A DNA stretch of 64,000 nucleotides from an uncultured euryarchaeote (GTDB taxonomy: Archaea; Thermoplasmatota; Poseidoniia; Poseidoniales; Poseidoniaceae). Position 1 is the stretch's first letter. Each line of letters starts with the position of its first letter. Position numbers and translations under genes: made by a program. Positions 34,827-43,023 of the stretch are shown piece by piece. The stretch lies in assembly GCA_937915175.1 (NCBI GenBank), contig CALDNA010000066.1, forward strand, positions 2,994-66,993, given 5' to 3'. The notes beneath the pieces were generated by a model that worked only from the letters and a program-made list of their open reading frames with translations, was not told where the DNA came from and did no database searches.

Positions 34827-36080
34827 TCACAGCAGCATTGCATTGCACCAGTCGCCCTTGTTTGAGGCTTGCCCGGGTGAAAGAAGAGTCAGTGCATCGG
34901 CTTGAGCGATGCTGTTGAGGTTGCCCGAGCCCTGGGGGCCGGTGGAATAGGCGAGGGGGATTTCGCCGCTCAAGTCAACCTTGATTCGCCTTAATGCCAG
35001 ACACTTCACATCTCCTTTCAGGTCGTCTGCAAGTTGAACGCGAAGATGGTGTTCCTTTGGACCGCCTCCTGCCATACAGGAGCGGAGGTAAGGCGCCACG
35101 AGGATGCGGAAAACGACGTGGCTGCTTGCGGGGTTGCCCGGTAGGCCAAACAGTGGCGTTCCATTCCATGTCCCAAACAGTGGTGGGGAGCCAGGGCGTA
35201 TTTTGACGCGCCAAAAGTGGACATCCCCTTCTTCTTCCATGATCTTTCGAACATAATCCCATTCGCCCATCGAAACGCCACCAGACGTCAGCACGAGATC
35301 GCATTCACTTGTTGCTTTGTCAAGCGCCTGACGAAGGGTGTCCATGGAGTCCGCTACCGATTGATATCGAACAGCTTCATGGCCCATCCATTCAACAAGG
35401 CCGGCAAGTCCGAACGAGTTGGACTCGTAGATTTGGTGCGCCTCGAGGTCTTCTCCAGGGAACTTTAGTTCATCGCCGGTCGAGATAATTCCAATCTTGG
35501 CTCGTTTAAACACGGGCACTTCTGGCCAGCCCATCGTTGCGCAGAGCCCGATTTTTGCTGGTGTAAGGTTGCTTCCTCGGACAAGGGCTATGGTGCCCCT
35601 TTCGAGGTTTTCGCCCCTCTTTCGAATGAAATGAGGGCGGCCCGGTTCAAGCAGCGTCACCGTTGTGTTCGCCTCGTTCACATCACATCGCTCGATTGGC
35701 AGAATAGAAGTGGCTCCTGGTGGCATCGGTGCGCCAGTCATGATCCTGGTCGCTTGACCACGCTGAAGTGCTTGGGTGGTGCTGCTCTCGCCTGCTTGAA
35801 TGGTTTGGATAATTTGGAGTGTTTTTGGTGGTGTAAGGCTGTCTTCGTGAATGAAGGCAAAGCCGTCCATAGCTGAATTGTCGAACGGCGGGTCGTCGAC
35901 CTTCGAAGTCAGGTCTTCAGACAGCACCCTGCCGTGCGCTTGGTCGATTGAGACGCGCTCACTACCAAGGCGCAATGGTGTAGCAATTGCAATTTCAATT
36001 GCTTTGTTGTGGCTGATGAAATACGGTACCTCGGCCACATCTTCACGACGGGTTGCTTGGGTTTGAGGTTCACGGTTCAA
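34827..36080 (-). CDS. moeA: Molybdopterin molybdotransferase MoeA
   Basis: IISTGDEL, LTSGGVSMGEWDYV and GLPGNPASS. Confidence 0.85.
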   Translation of the reverse strand: MNREPQTQATRREDVAEVPYFISHNKAIEIAIATPLRLGSERVSIDQAHGRVLSEDLTSKVDDPPFDNSAMDGFAFIHEDSLTPPKTLQIIQTIQAGESSTTQALQRGQATRIMTGAPMPPGATSILPIERCDVNEANTTVTLLEPGRPHFIRKRGENLERGTIALVRGSNLTPAKIGLCATMGWPEVPVFKRAKIGIISTGDELKFPGEDLEAHQIYESNSFGLAGLVEWMGHEAVRYQSVADSMDTLRQALDKATSECDLVLTSGGVSMGEWDYVRKIMEEEGDVHFWRVKIRPGSPPLFGTWNGTPLFGLPGNPASSHVVFRILVAPYLRSCMAGGGPKEHHLRVQLADDLKGDVKCLALRRIKVDLSGEIPLAYSTGPQGSGNLNSIAQADALTLLSPGQASNKGDWCNAMLL

Positions 36081-36083
36081 AAA

Positions 36084-36848
36084 TCAGAGAATAACATCGA
36101 ATGCTCGCTTCGTCGTTGCCAGCAAAAGCACCCCGATCAACAACCAACGAATCGTGCCTTGGGGTGCTTTTTCTGCACCAAATTTAGAGCCAACAAAACC
36201 ACCACACCCAACCGCTAGTGCAAACGATGCAAGGGGTGAAAACGAAAGTTCGAGTTGACCTGAAAGTTGGGCACCAAGCAAACCAGCAGCAGAATTGACC
36301 CAGATGAACAGGGCTGCTGTTGCGGCTGCAGCCTTCGGTGTAGCCCAACGCTTCAAAACGAGGATAGGGGATAGGAAAATTCCACCACCCACCCCGATCA
36401 TTCCGCTTAGAACGCCAATGGAAGCGCCGATTGGTACGGTGGTTTGTAAACCGGGCAGGGGGGTTAGTTCTGTTTCCTCGGTCGTTTTATTTGTTCGCGC
36501 TAACCGGTACGCTGCGAACAGCAAAGCGAAGGAAAGTAAGGCATCATACACGTTGCCATCAACGTCGAGCGTTCCTCCAAAAAAGGCTGCTGGGAGGCTT
36601 GCCACGATGAAAATAAACGATAACTTAGGTCGATGGAACCCCGCTTTTTGAAAGTGGTAAAACGCAAGTCCTGCGACGACGAGGTTCAACACCCAAGCGT
36701 GCTGTTTGAGCCAAGAACTGTTCATTGAAGCAAAACTCGATAGGGAAAGGAGAGCGAGGTAGCCGGAAGCTCCGCCGTGGCCAACCGATGCATAAAGCGC
36801 TGCAATGAAGAAGAGTGCACCGCACAAGAACAGTGCATCTGCATCCAT
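36084..36848 (-). CDS. TauE/SafE-family anion exporter membrane protein
   Basis: About eight helices. GHGGASGYLALL and GVGGGIFLSPIL are the duplicated motif typical of the family. Confidence 0.7.
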   Translation of the reverse strand: MDADALFLCGALFFIAALYASVGHGGASGYLALLSLSSFASMNSSWLKQHAWVLNLVVAGLAFYHFQKAGFHRPKLSFIFIVASLPAAFFGGTLDVDGNVYDALLSFALLFAAYRLARTNKTTEETELTPLPGLQTTVPIGASIGVLSGMIGVGGGIFLSPILVLKRWATPKAAAATAALFIWVNSAAGLLGAQLSGQLELSFSPLASFALAVGCGGFVGSKFGAEKAPQGTIRWLLIGVLLLATTKRAFDVIL

Positions 36849-36867
36849 AACGAACCGACCCAGAGGT

Positions 36868-37164
36868 TCATTCGAACTTCATTTGGTTGCCGCATTCCGG
36901 GTAGGAACAGGTAACGGTGTAGCGAGCCTTTTTCGGTTTAGGGATTTTGAGCATTGAGCCGCATGAATCGCACTGAACGCGAAGGGTTTCGGGGGCTTTT
37001 GTAGCCGGGGCGTCGCCAATGGTTCGACCAACTTCAGTTGACCAACCAAGGTTATCCTTGTATGAGTCGCCTGTGGTGACGATCTTTTTTTGTTTCAAAG
37101 AAAGGCGCATCTTGCGCTTTCGCTTTTTGGGTTTCTTACCCCCTGCCGGTGCCTTTGCCGCCAT
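36868..37164 (-). CDS. Small basic zinc-ribbon protein
   Basis: MAAKAPAGGKKPKKRKRKMRLSLKQKK N-terminus. C-x-x-C ... C-x-x-x-x-C ribbon (VQCDSCGSMLKIP...TCSYPECGNQMKF). ORF 36868..37242 trimmed to avoid overlap with the upstream gene. Confidence 0.45.
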   Translation of the reverse strand: MAAKAPAGGKKPKKRKRKMRLSLKQKKIVTTGDSYKDNLGWSTEVGRTIGDAPATKAPETLRVQCDSCGSMLKIPKPKKARYTVTCSYPECGNQMKFE

Positions 37165-37195
37165 GTGAATCGTCCTTCGCTTGGCGTCGTTGTAT

Positions 37196-38530
37196 TCAAT
37201 GACTTCGGCTAAAATCTTCACCAAGGTATTCAGAGATACCATTCACTGGGTTGTGAACGATGTGCCCGTTCTTCTCTAGCGCAGCCGCAAGTGGAGGGCG
37301 AGCGTGAACTGGATCTGTGTGGTAGACGATGACTTCTTCCGCTTCGCAGGCGGCGGCGAAATCAACGATTTCTTTGTGGCCGGCGTGGGTTGAGAATGAA
37401 TATGTGTCCCATTCAAGAGGGATTTCGGTATCTTTGCCGAAGATTTTCAATGTCCCTTCGTTTTGAAGTTGCCTTCCCCCTGTTCGACTCGCTTGGTACC
37501 CTGTGAACAAGATTGCATTCTTTGGATCGTGGCGCAAACGGTTGAGGTACCAAATGGAGGGACCGCCTTGCAGCATGCCCGAGGTTGAAACGATGACGTC
37601 GGCTTCGAGGGCTCGCTTGCGATCGGACTTGCTTGAAACGCGTCGACACCACGACCAAGCAGCGCGAAGAGCTGCAGGATCTCGAAGGGTGTCTGGGTGG
37701 TTCATTTGCATTTTAGCGATGCGTTTACCCATACCGTCAACATGAACGTTGAGGTGTGGGAGGTATTTGTGAAGCCGCATGACAACATCTTGGGTTCGGC
37801 CATTTGCAAAGGCGGGAATAAGAACTGTACCACCACGATCGACAACCCGCTGAACATGCTCAATGAACCGTTGAATTTCTTCGTCGAGGTTTGGATGTTC
37901 GCGTCCGCCGTATGTACCCTCAACAAACAGGGTATCGACCTTACGTGGTTTCGCTCCTTTTGTCAGAGGTGAATCACGTGTGTCGAAGTCTCCTGAAATC
38001 AATACTTTACGCTGAGGTGTTTCTAAATCAAGCATTGCCGCTCCAGGAATATGACCGGCTTTTCGAAGGGTTAGTTTCCAATCGTCATGATCCCAGGTTT
38101 CACCAAAATCATGAATTCGCCATGCATCAAGTGCTGTATCAATATCGCGCTTATCCCACGCAAGAGGATAGTTTTCAATCGAACTCACCTTATGGCAGTC
38201 ATACCACATCATTTCAGAAATTTGGGCAGTAAGGGCCGTTCCATGAAGAAGCGTCCGATGATTGGAACAGAGCCATGGCGCCATACCGAGGTGATCAACG
38301 TGGGAATGTGTGATGACTGCATCGCTGACTTTTGGTGCTTCAGATGGATAACGTGGTGGATTGGTTGGAGCAAGTCCGTAATCCAAAAGAAGGCGTGTCT
38401 GTTGCTCATTTTCAAAGACGATCCCGACATTTCCAACTTCATCACCGCCGCCAAGGCAGTGGTAACGAAGTCCCTTCTTTGGTGCATCCTCAGGGTAGGA
38501 AGAAGTTCGGCCAGGGGAGTAGAGAACCAT
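37196..38530 (-). CDS. Metallo-beta-lactamase / beta-CASP ribonuclease (aCPSF2-like, no KH domains)
   Basis: VITHSHVDHLGMAP (H-x-H-x-D-H), GHIPGAAML and STHAGH. ORF 37196..38578 trimmed to MVLYSPG. Confidence 0.75.
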   Translation of the reverse strand: MVLYSPGRTSSYPEDAPKKGLRYHCLGGGDEVGNVGIVFENEQQTRLLLDYGLAPTNPPRYPSEAPKVSDAVITHSHVDHLGMAPWLCSNHRTLLHGTALTAQISEMMWYDCHKVSSIENYPLAWDKRDIDTALDAWRIHDFGETWDHDDWKLTLRKAGHIPGAAMLDLETPQRKVLISGDFDTRDSPLTKGAKPRKVDTLFVEGTYGGREHPNLDEEIQRFIEHVQRVVDRGGTVLIPAFANGRTQDVVMRLHKYLPHLNVHVDGMGKRIAKMQMNHPDTLRDPAALRAAWSWCRRVSSKSDRKRALEADVIVSTSGMLQGGPSIWYLNRLRHDPKNAILFTGYQASRTGGRQLQNEGTLKIFGKDTEIPLEWDTYSFSTHAGHKEIVDFAAACEAEEVIVYHTDPVHARPPLAAALEKNGHIVHNPVNGISEYLGEDFSRSH

Positions 38531-38755
38531 GCTGCTCACCGTTTGGTTGGTGCGACACATGATGAAGATGTGCCTCAAATGGGAGGGAGACCCCTTGGTT
38601 TCCTATGGAGGATATCAGAGGGGGTTTGTGTTTATTTTTGATTGGTTTTTATGTGGTAGTATTATGTGCTTGTCGCGACCATATTCTACGGGGCATACTC
38701 TCGTTTCTCTCAATCCCTTTCTACGTCATACTCATGGCTGATCATGAATATACCG

Positions 38756-38830
38756 TCCAGTGGAAATGAGGGGGTGTCGGTACTGTATTCGATTCTTACC
38801 TATTTATTCACAAATATCGTTTCCATTGGA
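38756..38830. promoter_or_regulatory. Pair of TCCA-N-TGGA palindromes in a 400-bp AT-rich divergent spacer
   Basis: TCCAGTGGA at 38756-38764 and TCCATTGGA at 38822-38830, plus a related GGAGTGGAA near 38892. attcgattc also occurs twice in this stretch. Confidence 0.25.
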
Positions 38831-38979
38831 TTCGATTCCTCCTCAAATAATTCATCCTTTTCCGATTTTTGTATTGAATAGAATTGAGTTGGAGTGGAAT
38901 TTTGACAAAGGTTGCGTTTCGATAGGAAAGAATGTCCACTCTGCGAAGGAAACTTGAACCATTAGCGTCTGGTTGAACC

Positions 38980-39192
38980 ATGGGCCGACAACTGAACCAT
39001 GCGTTCATTGTTGACGGAGATCGTTGTTTTGGTTGCGCAGCTTGCATAGCGTTGTGCCCAATTAACGTTCTAACACTCATCGACAGGCTCGCAGTCGTCG
39101 ATGAAGATGCATGCACTCACTGTGAGCTATGCATTCCCTCGTGCCCTGTTTTCGCACTCGATATTCTTCCAAATCCAGAGGTGGCGGCGTGA
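38980..39192 (+). CDS. 2x[4Fe-4S] ferredoxin
   Basis: CFGCAACIALCP and CTHCELCIPSCP cluster motifs in 70 aa. Confidence 0.85.
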   Translation: MGRQLNHAFIVDGDRCFGCAACIALCPINVLTLIDRLAVVDEDACTHCELCIPSCPVFALDILPNPEVAA

Positions 39193-39908
39193 AAAAGTAC
39201 CTCTGCATTGGGAGTTCAATCTCGAACCTCATCGCAAGCTCCCAACTCGCTCAGCATTCCGAGGTGCACCTGATCGAGATTCACGCCGAGGTTGGTATGC
39301 CAACAAGCCAGCCAGGATTTGTCAATGACATGGAACTTCTTTCACCTTACCTAGACGAGGAACAACTCAAATTTCTTCGGCCGCACGCAAACGAACCAGG
39401 TTGGGGACTTCGAAGTGAATGGTTAACCAAGCATCTTGCTATGAACGCTGCACAGCAGGGCGTTATCATTCACACCAAAACGAGAATCACTTCAATTCTA
39501 CCCAAAGGTGACCAATTTGTTGTGGAATTTCAAGGAGGCGGTCCAACGCCCCGCAGCAACCTCACATTCGACCACATCATCGATGCCTCGATGTGTGTAC
39601 CCGAGGCACCCGGAAACCTTCACCATACCATCGATCCCAAACTTGAAATTTACACCGCTCTCAAAGATTCAACCCTCTGGTTTGGTGGGACGGCACTCAC
39701 CACTGATTGCGCAGAATTAGGAACTGACGTCTGGACGTTCAATCGGGCAGAAGGCCTTGCTGAAGTTTGGTTTGAAGGCGAGCCAACATGGGAGCCAAAG
39801 CATGGTTGGATTGAACAGGTGCGTTCGAACCTTTCTTCAAATCCTACTCAACGTACAATCGACGCACAGGTCCTCATAGGCCTCCAGATTTCCGAGGCTT
39901 TTGCATGA
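39189..39908 (+). CDS. Hypothetical protein, degenerate FixC/geranylgeranyl-reductase-like Rossmann fold
   Basis: KKYLCIGSSISNLIASSQLAQHSEVHLIE has beta-alpha-beta spacing but lacks G-x-G-x-x-G. FDHIIDAS is similar to the second FAD contact. The GTG start overlaps the ferredoxin stop (GTGA). Confidence 0.35.
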   Translation: MKKYLCIGSSISNLIASSQLAQHSEVHLIEIHAEVGMPTSQPGFVNDMELLSPYLDEEQLKFLRPHANEPGWGLRSEWLTKHLAMNAAQQGVIIHTKTRITSILPKGDQFVVEFQGGGPTPRSNLTFDHIIDASMCVPEAPGNLHHTIDPKLEIYTALKDSTLWFGGTALTTDCAELGTDVWTFNRAEGLAEVWFEGEPTWEPKHGWIEQVRSNLSSNPTQRTIDAQVLIGLQISEAFA

Positions 39909-40672
39909 CGGAAAAACTCTACCTGCGGAGCATTAATGCAGGTTATTATCAGAAATTTAACGCTTGTGTCACAGCCATTGATGCAGATCACGTTGTTCTT
40001 GATCAGACGCTCTTCTATCCCCTTGGAGGTGGGCAAAACTGGGACACAGGAATCATCGAAGGACCGAATGGTCCGCTTGAAGTTACGGAAGTCCGTGGTC
40101 GTGAAGATGTCAAACATACAGTAGGTGAGGACCACCAACTTGCAGTCGGTGATGAAATCAAAGGCACGATTGACTGGGACCGCCGGCACGCTCACATGCG
40201 AATGCATACAGCGCAACACCTCGTTTCTGGCCTTGTCTATGAGATGTTTGATGGCGCTCGAACCGTTGGCAATCAAATTCACAGCGATCGCTCAAGAATC
40301 GATTTCAACCCGATAGCGTTTGATGAAGTAATGCTGGCAACCATCACCGAGCGGACCAACGAAATTATCGAGCAAAACCTTGAGGTCACAGACACGGTGA
40401 TGACTCGAGAAGAAGTCAACGCAATCATGCCCCCTGAACGGACAAATATGGATCTTCTTCCGTCAAGTGTACGGGAGTTACGGGTTGTAAAAATCGATGA
40501 TGGTTTCGACCTTTGCCCGTGTGCAGGAACCCATGTAGAACGGTTAGGTGAGATTGGCCCGATCAACATTCTTGGTAAGAAATCCAAAGGGAAAGGGACT
40601 CAACGGGTGACGTACGATCTTCTTGAACCCACAATCAAAAAAACACCAATACCTGGTTTATTCATAGAATGA
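39905..40672 (+). CDS. alaX: Alanyl-tRNA editing protein AlaX (AlaX-M type)
   Basis: MHTAQHLVSGL (H-x-x-x-H) and CPCAGTHV (C-x-x-x-H) zinc motifs. ATGA overlap with the upstream gene. Confidence 0.85.
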   Translation: MTEKLYLRSINAGYYQKFNACVTAIDADHVVLDQTLFYPLGGGQNWDTGIIEGPNGPLEVTEVRGREDVKHTVGEDHQLAVGDEIKGTIDWDRRHAHMRMHTAQHLVSGLVYEMFDGARTVGNQIHSDRSRIDFNPIAFDEVMLATITERTNEIIEQNLEVTDTVMTREEVNAIMPPERTNMDLLPSSVRELRVVKIDDGFDLCPCAGTHVERLGEIGPINILGKKSKGKGTQRVTYDLLEPTIKKTPIPGLFIE

Positions 40673-40730
40673 ACCTTGTAATTCCTTACACCGGGGCCAC
40701 ACTTTTACACATCATAGAATTCAATCACCC

Positions 40731-41150
40731 ATGAACGAGGTGGAGCAGGGGGGGCACGCGCCTCCAACTGGGCGTTTTGGTGCAATGATTTTTGGGCTAT
40801 TTTTACTGGCTTTTGGCACGCCATTTACTCTTGTTCCCGTGCTCATTTTTGGCGATGCATCCATCGATGTTTTTTCTCTAATGGGCCTCTTCGTCGGGCT
40901 TTTCTGCACACCATTCGTCCTTGCAGGATTGGGCATTCAAATCGCCGGGATTTCGATGATCAGATTAGCCATTAATCCGAATGACGAGAACGCTATGAAA
41001 GGGATTGACCGAATTTTTGGCGATTCTTCAAAAGAGTTGCCAGAGCACCACCTTTCAACTCCTTTTCTAGAAAACACTTCCGAATTTGAAGAAATTATCA
41101 CCGTCGAGGCTGAAAATTTCTGGGATTCCGTCGACACCGATTCAAAATAG
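40731..41150 (+). CDS. Hypothetical membrane protein (3 TM, acidic tail)
   Basis: ORF only, with hydrophobic helices (FGAMIFGLFLLAFGTPFTLVPVLIF and others). Confidence 0.4.
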   Translation: MNEVEQGGHAPPTGRFGAMIFGLFLLAFGTPFTLVPVLIFGDASIDVFSLMGLFVGLFCTPFVLAGLGIQIAGISMIRLAINPNDENAMKGIDRIFGDSSKELPEHHLSTPFLENTSEFEEIITVEAENFWDSVDTDSK

Positions 41151-41237
41151 TGCAGGGTTTACACAATCGGTTTTCATTCAGTTCTTATCTAAAAGAGATT
41201 TATTAGAAACGTTATCTGAAAAACATTTCAAAATAAA

Positions 41238-41906
41238 TCACAAATCAAAGTCATCATCAAGCAATTCTTTGACATCCGAAAGGGTCTCCTTCCACACCTG
41301 GCGATTTTTCTGCCGCTCCTCAAACACCTTCTCTTCAACCACTTCTGCTTGTTCTTCAGGCGCTGATTGCGCCTTTGTGGCAGCTTCTAACCGATCGGTT
41401 AGTTCGGTATCTTCTCCAATACGGTCGCGCCGATCGACTTGCTCAATCGCTCGACTTGGAACCGTACGGGATCCGTACTGTTCCAATTGCTCCTGATCGA
41501 TGTACATTGCAGCGTTCATGTTTTCCACGGCAGGATTTGTCTTTTTATCAACATCAACCAGTTCTTTTCCAACTCGCTGGCGTTCAAACACCTCAACTAT
41601 TTCTTCACTGCTTGGCAGTGGCTTTTGATCTGTGAGTGAGGCTGCGAGCCGTTGTTGGCGGATGAGCGCATCAGCATGAACATCATCGTGATCGTATCGA
41701 TGTGGAGCGGCCGCCATCATCAAAATCTCTTTTGCAAATTGGTACAGTGAATCATCCGCTGGGGCCTTTGCCAACAGATCTCGAACGCCCCGGTGATGGT
41801 TGATGCACGTCTTGCATCGATTGGCAGCGTCTTTGTCAGGCGCATCACACAACAAACAACAGGCCTGAAAACCCATTTCCTTCATTGCGCGGCGTGGCAT
41901 CGACAT
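41238..41906 (-). CDS. Hypothetical acidic protein with N-terminal C-x-x-C ... C-x-x-C zinc ribbon
   Basis: ACCLLCDAPDKDAANRCKTCINHH followed by about 180 charged residues. No TM helix. Confidence 0.45.
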   Translation of the reverse strand: MSMPRRAMKEMGFQACCLLCDAPDKDAANRCKTCINHHRGVRDLLAKAPADDSLYQFAKEILMMAAAPHRYDHDDVHADALIRQQRLAASLTDQKPLPSSEEIVEVFERQRVGKELVDVDKKTNPAVENMNAAMYIDQEQLEQYGSRTVPSRAIEQVDRRDRIGEDTELTDRLEAATKAQSAPEEQAEVVEEKVFEERQKNRQVWKETLSDVKELLDDDFDL

Positions 41907-42174
41907 TGGGATTCGATTCTGTGTAAGGCCTAAACCGCATCAACCTTGGGACGCGAGGCTTCAAAGCGTACCCAGCCGAACCTGCTTCATGGCAGGGCGA
42001 GACCCACGGGCGGACATCGTTGACGATGATCCATTCCAACAGCGCCCACGGGTGCACAAAGTACACGCTCGTCAAGCCAACGATGGAACCCTTCATTTCG
42101 AAATGAAAGGCAACAAGGGCATCAACCCACTGCTTGCCCAATTCATGGGGCTTCAACCGAACCAGTCAGCGAAA

Positions 42175-42933
42175 ATGCACACCGGCGGCATATGGCATTT
42201 CAGTGAAGAAGAAAAGAAACACCTTCGCCTTGCAACCGCAGCCTTCACCCTCGCTCTGGGATTCATGTGGGTCGGTGGCCTTGGAAGCCTGCTCGGTTCA
42301 AACCCATCATCATGGGTCATCCAACTCCTTCTGTCAATGCCTGTGATGCTTCTTGCCGTAGGCCCAGCGTTCCTCTTTCACGAGATTGGCCACAAAATTG
42401 TCGCTAAGAAACACGGTTGTTGGGCTGAGTTCAGAGCCGATCCGGGTGGCCTTCGTTTTGGAATTCTGCTTGCCTTTTTCCTTGGTTTTTTGTTCATGGC
42501 GCCGGGCGCCGTGATGGTTGCTGGCGTTGTCACACGTCGTCAAAACGGCCAGATTGCTGTTGCTGGACCGCTTGTCAATTTCGCCCTGTTCCTCGTTGGC
42601 ATCCCGTTCTGGGGACTGCTTCTTGGCTTGACAGGAGCCTTTGATGCCAGCTTGCCAAACTCTGAACTAGGCTATCTTGTCGGCGGGTCTTTGATCTGGC
42701 AACAAATGCTGATTGATGCGGGCGTGTTTTGGCTCGGGGCGAACTTGGTTCTCGGTTTGTTCAACATGATACCATGGGGTCCGCTTGACGGTGCTAAGGT
42801 AAAGGATTGGAATGAAAATGTGTTCTGGGGCGTCGTTAGTGTGTTTGGTATTCTCGTGTTCTCATGGGTGCTGACTGGCGGCTCGGTATGGAGTCCAAAG
42901 GGATTGCTTGAGATGATAGCAGGCTTCATTTAA
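42175..42933 (+). CDS. Site-2 protease family (M50) intramembrane metalloprotease
   Basis: FLFHEIGHKIVAKKHG (H-E-x-x-H) and NMIPWGPLDGAKV (second metal-ligand Asp motif). Multiple TM helices. ORF 41989..42933 trimmed to MHTGGIW. Confidence 0.75.
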   Translation: MHTGGIWHFSEEEKKHLRLATAAFTLALGFMWVGGLGSLLGSNPSSWVIQLLLSMPVMLLAVGPAFLFHEIGHKIVAKKHGCWAEFRADPGGLRFGILLAFFLGFLFMAPGAVMVAGVVTRRQNGQIAVAGPLVNFALFLVGIPFWGLLLGLTGAFDASLPNSELGYLVGGSLIWQQMLIDAGVFWLGANLVLGLFNMIPWGPLDGAKVKDWNENVFWGVVSVFGILVFSWVLTGGSVWSPKGLLEMIAGFI

Positions 42934-43023
42934 CCAAACTAAGTACAGGTTTCCATGCACACGAGCACAACTCCATCGCGTTCTAGAAGGAACATACGAT
43001 GACCTTTGTGGAAACAACTTTGC

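Noticed and set aside
38529-38957. Small ORFs inside the AT-rich spacer (38529..38741, 38666..38881, 38760..38957, and 38808..39116 on the minus strand).
   Set aside because: They overlap each other in different frames, have low-complexity Ser/Phe/Ile-rich translations and lie in a region whose composition differs from all confident coding sequence.
38579-38979. A replication origin in the AT-rich spacer.
   Set aside because: No cdc6/orc1 gene is adjacent. The only repeats are two 9-nt palindromes and short words, not the multiple longer ORB-like repeats flanking an AT-rich duplex-unwinding element. It is kept only as an unexplained spacer.
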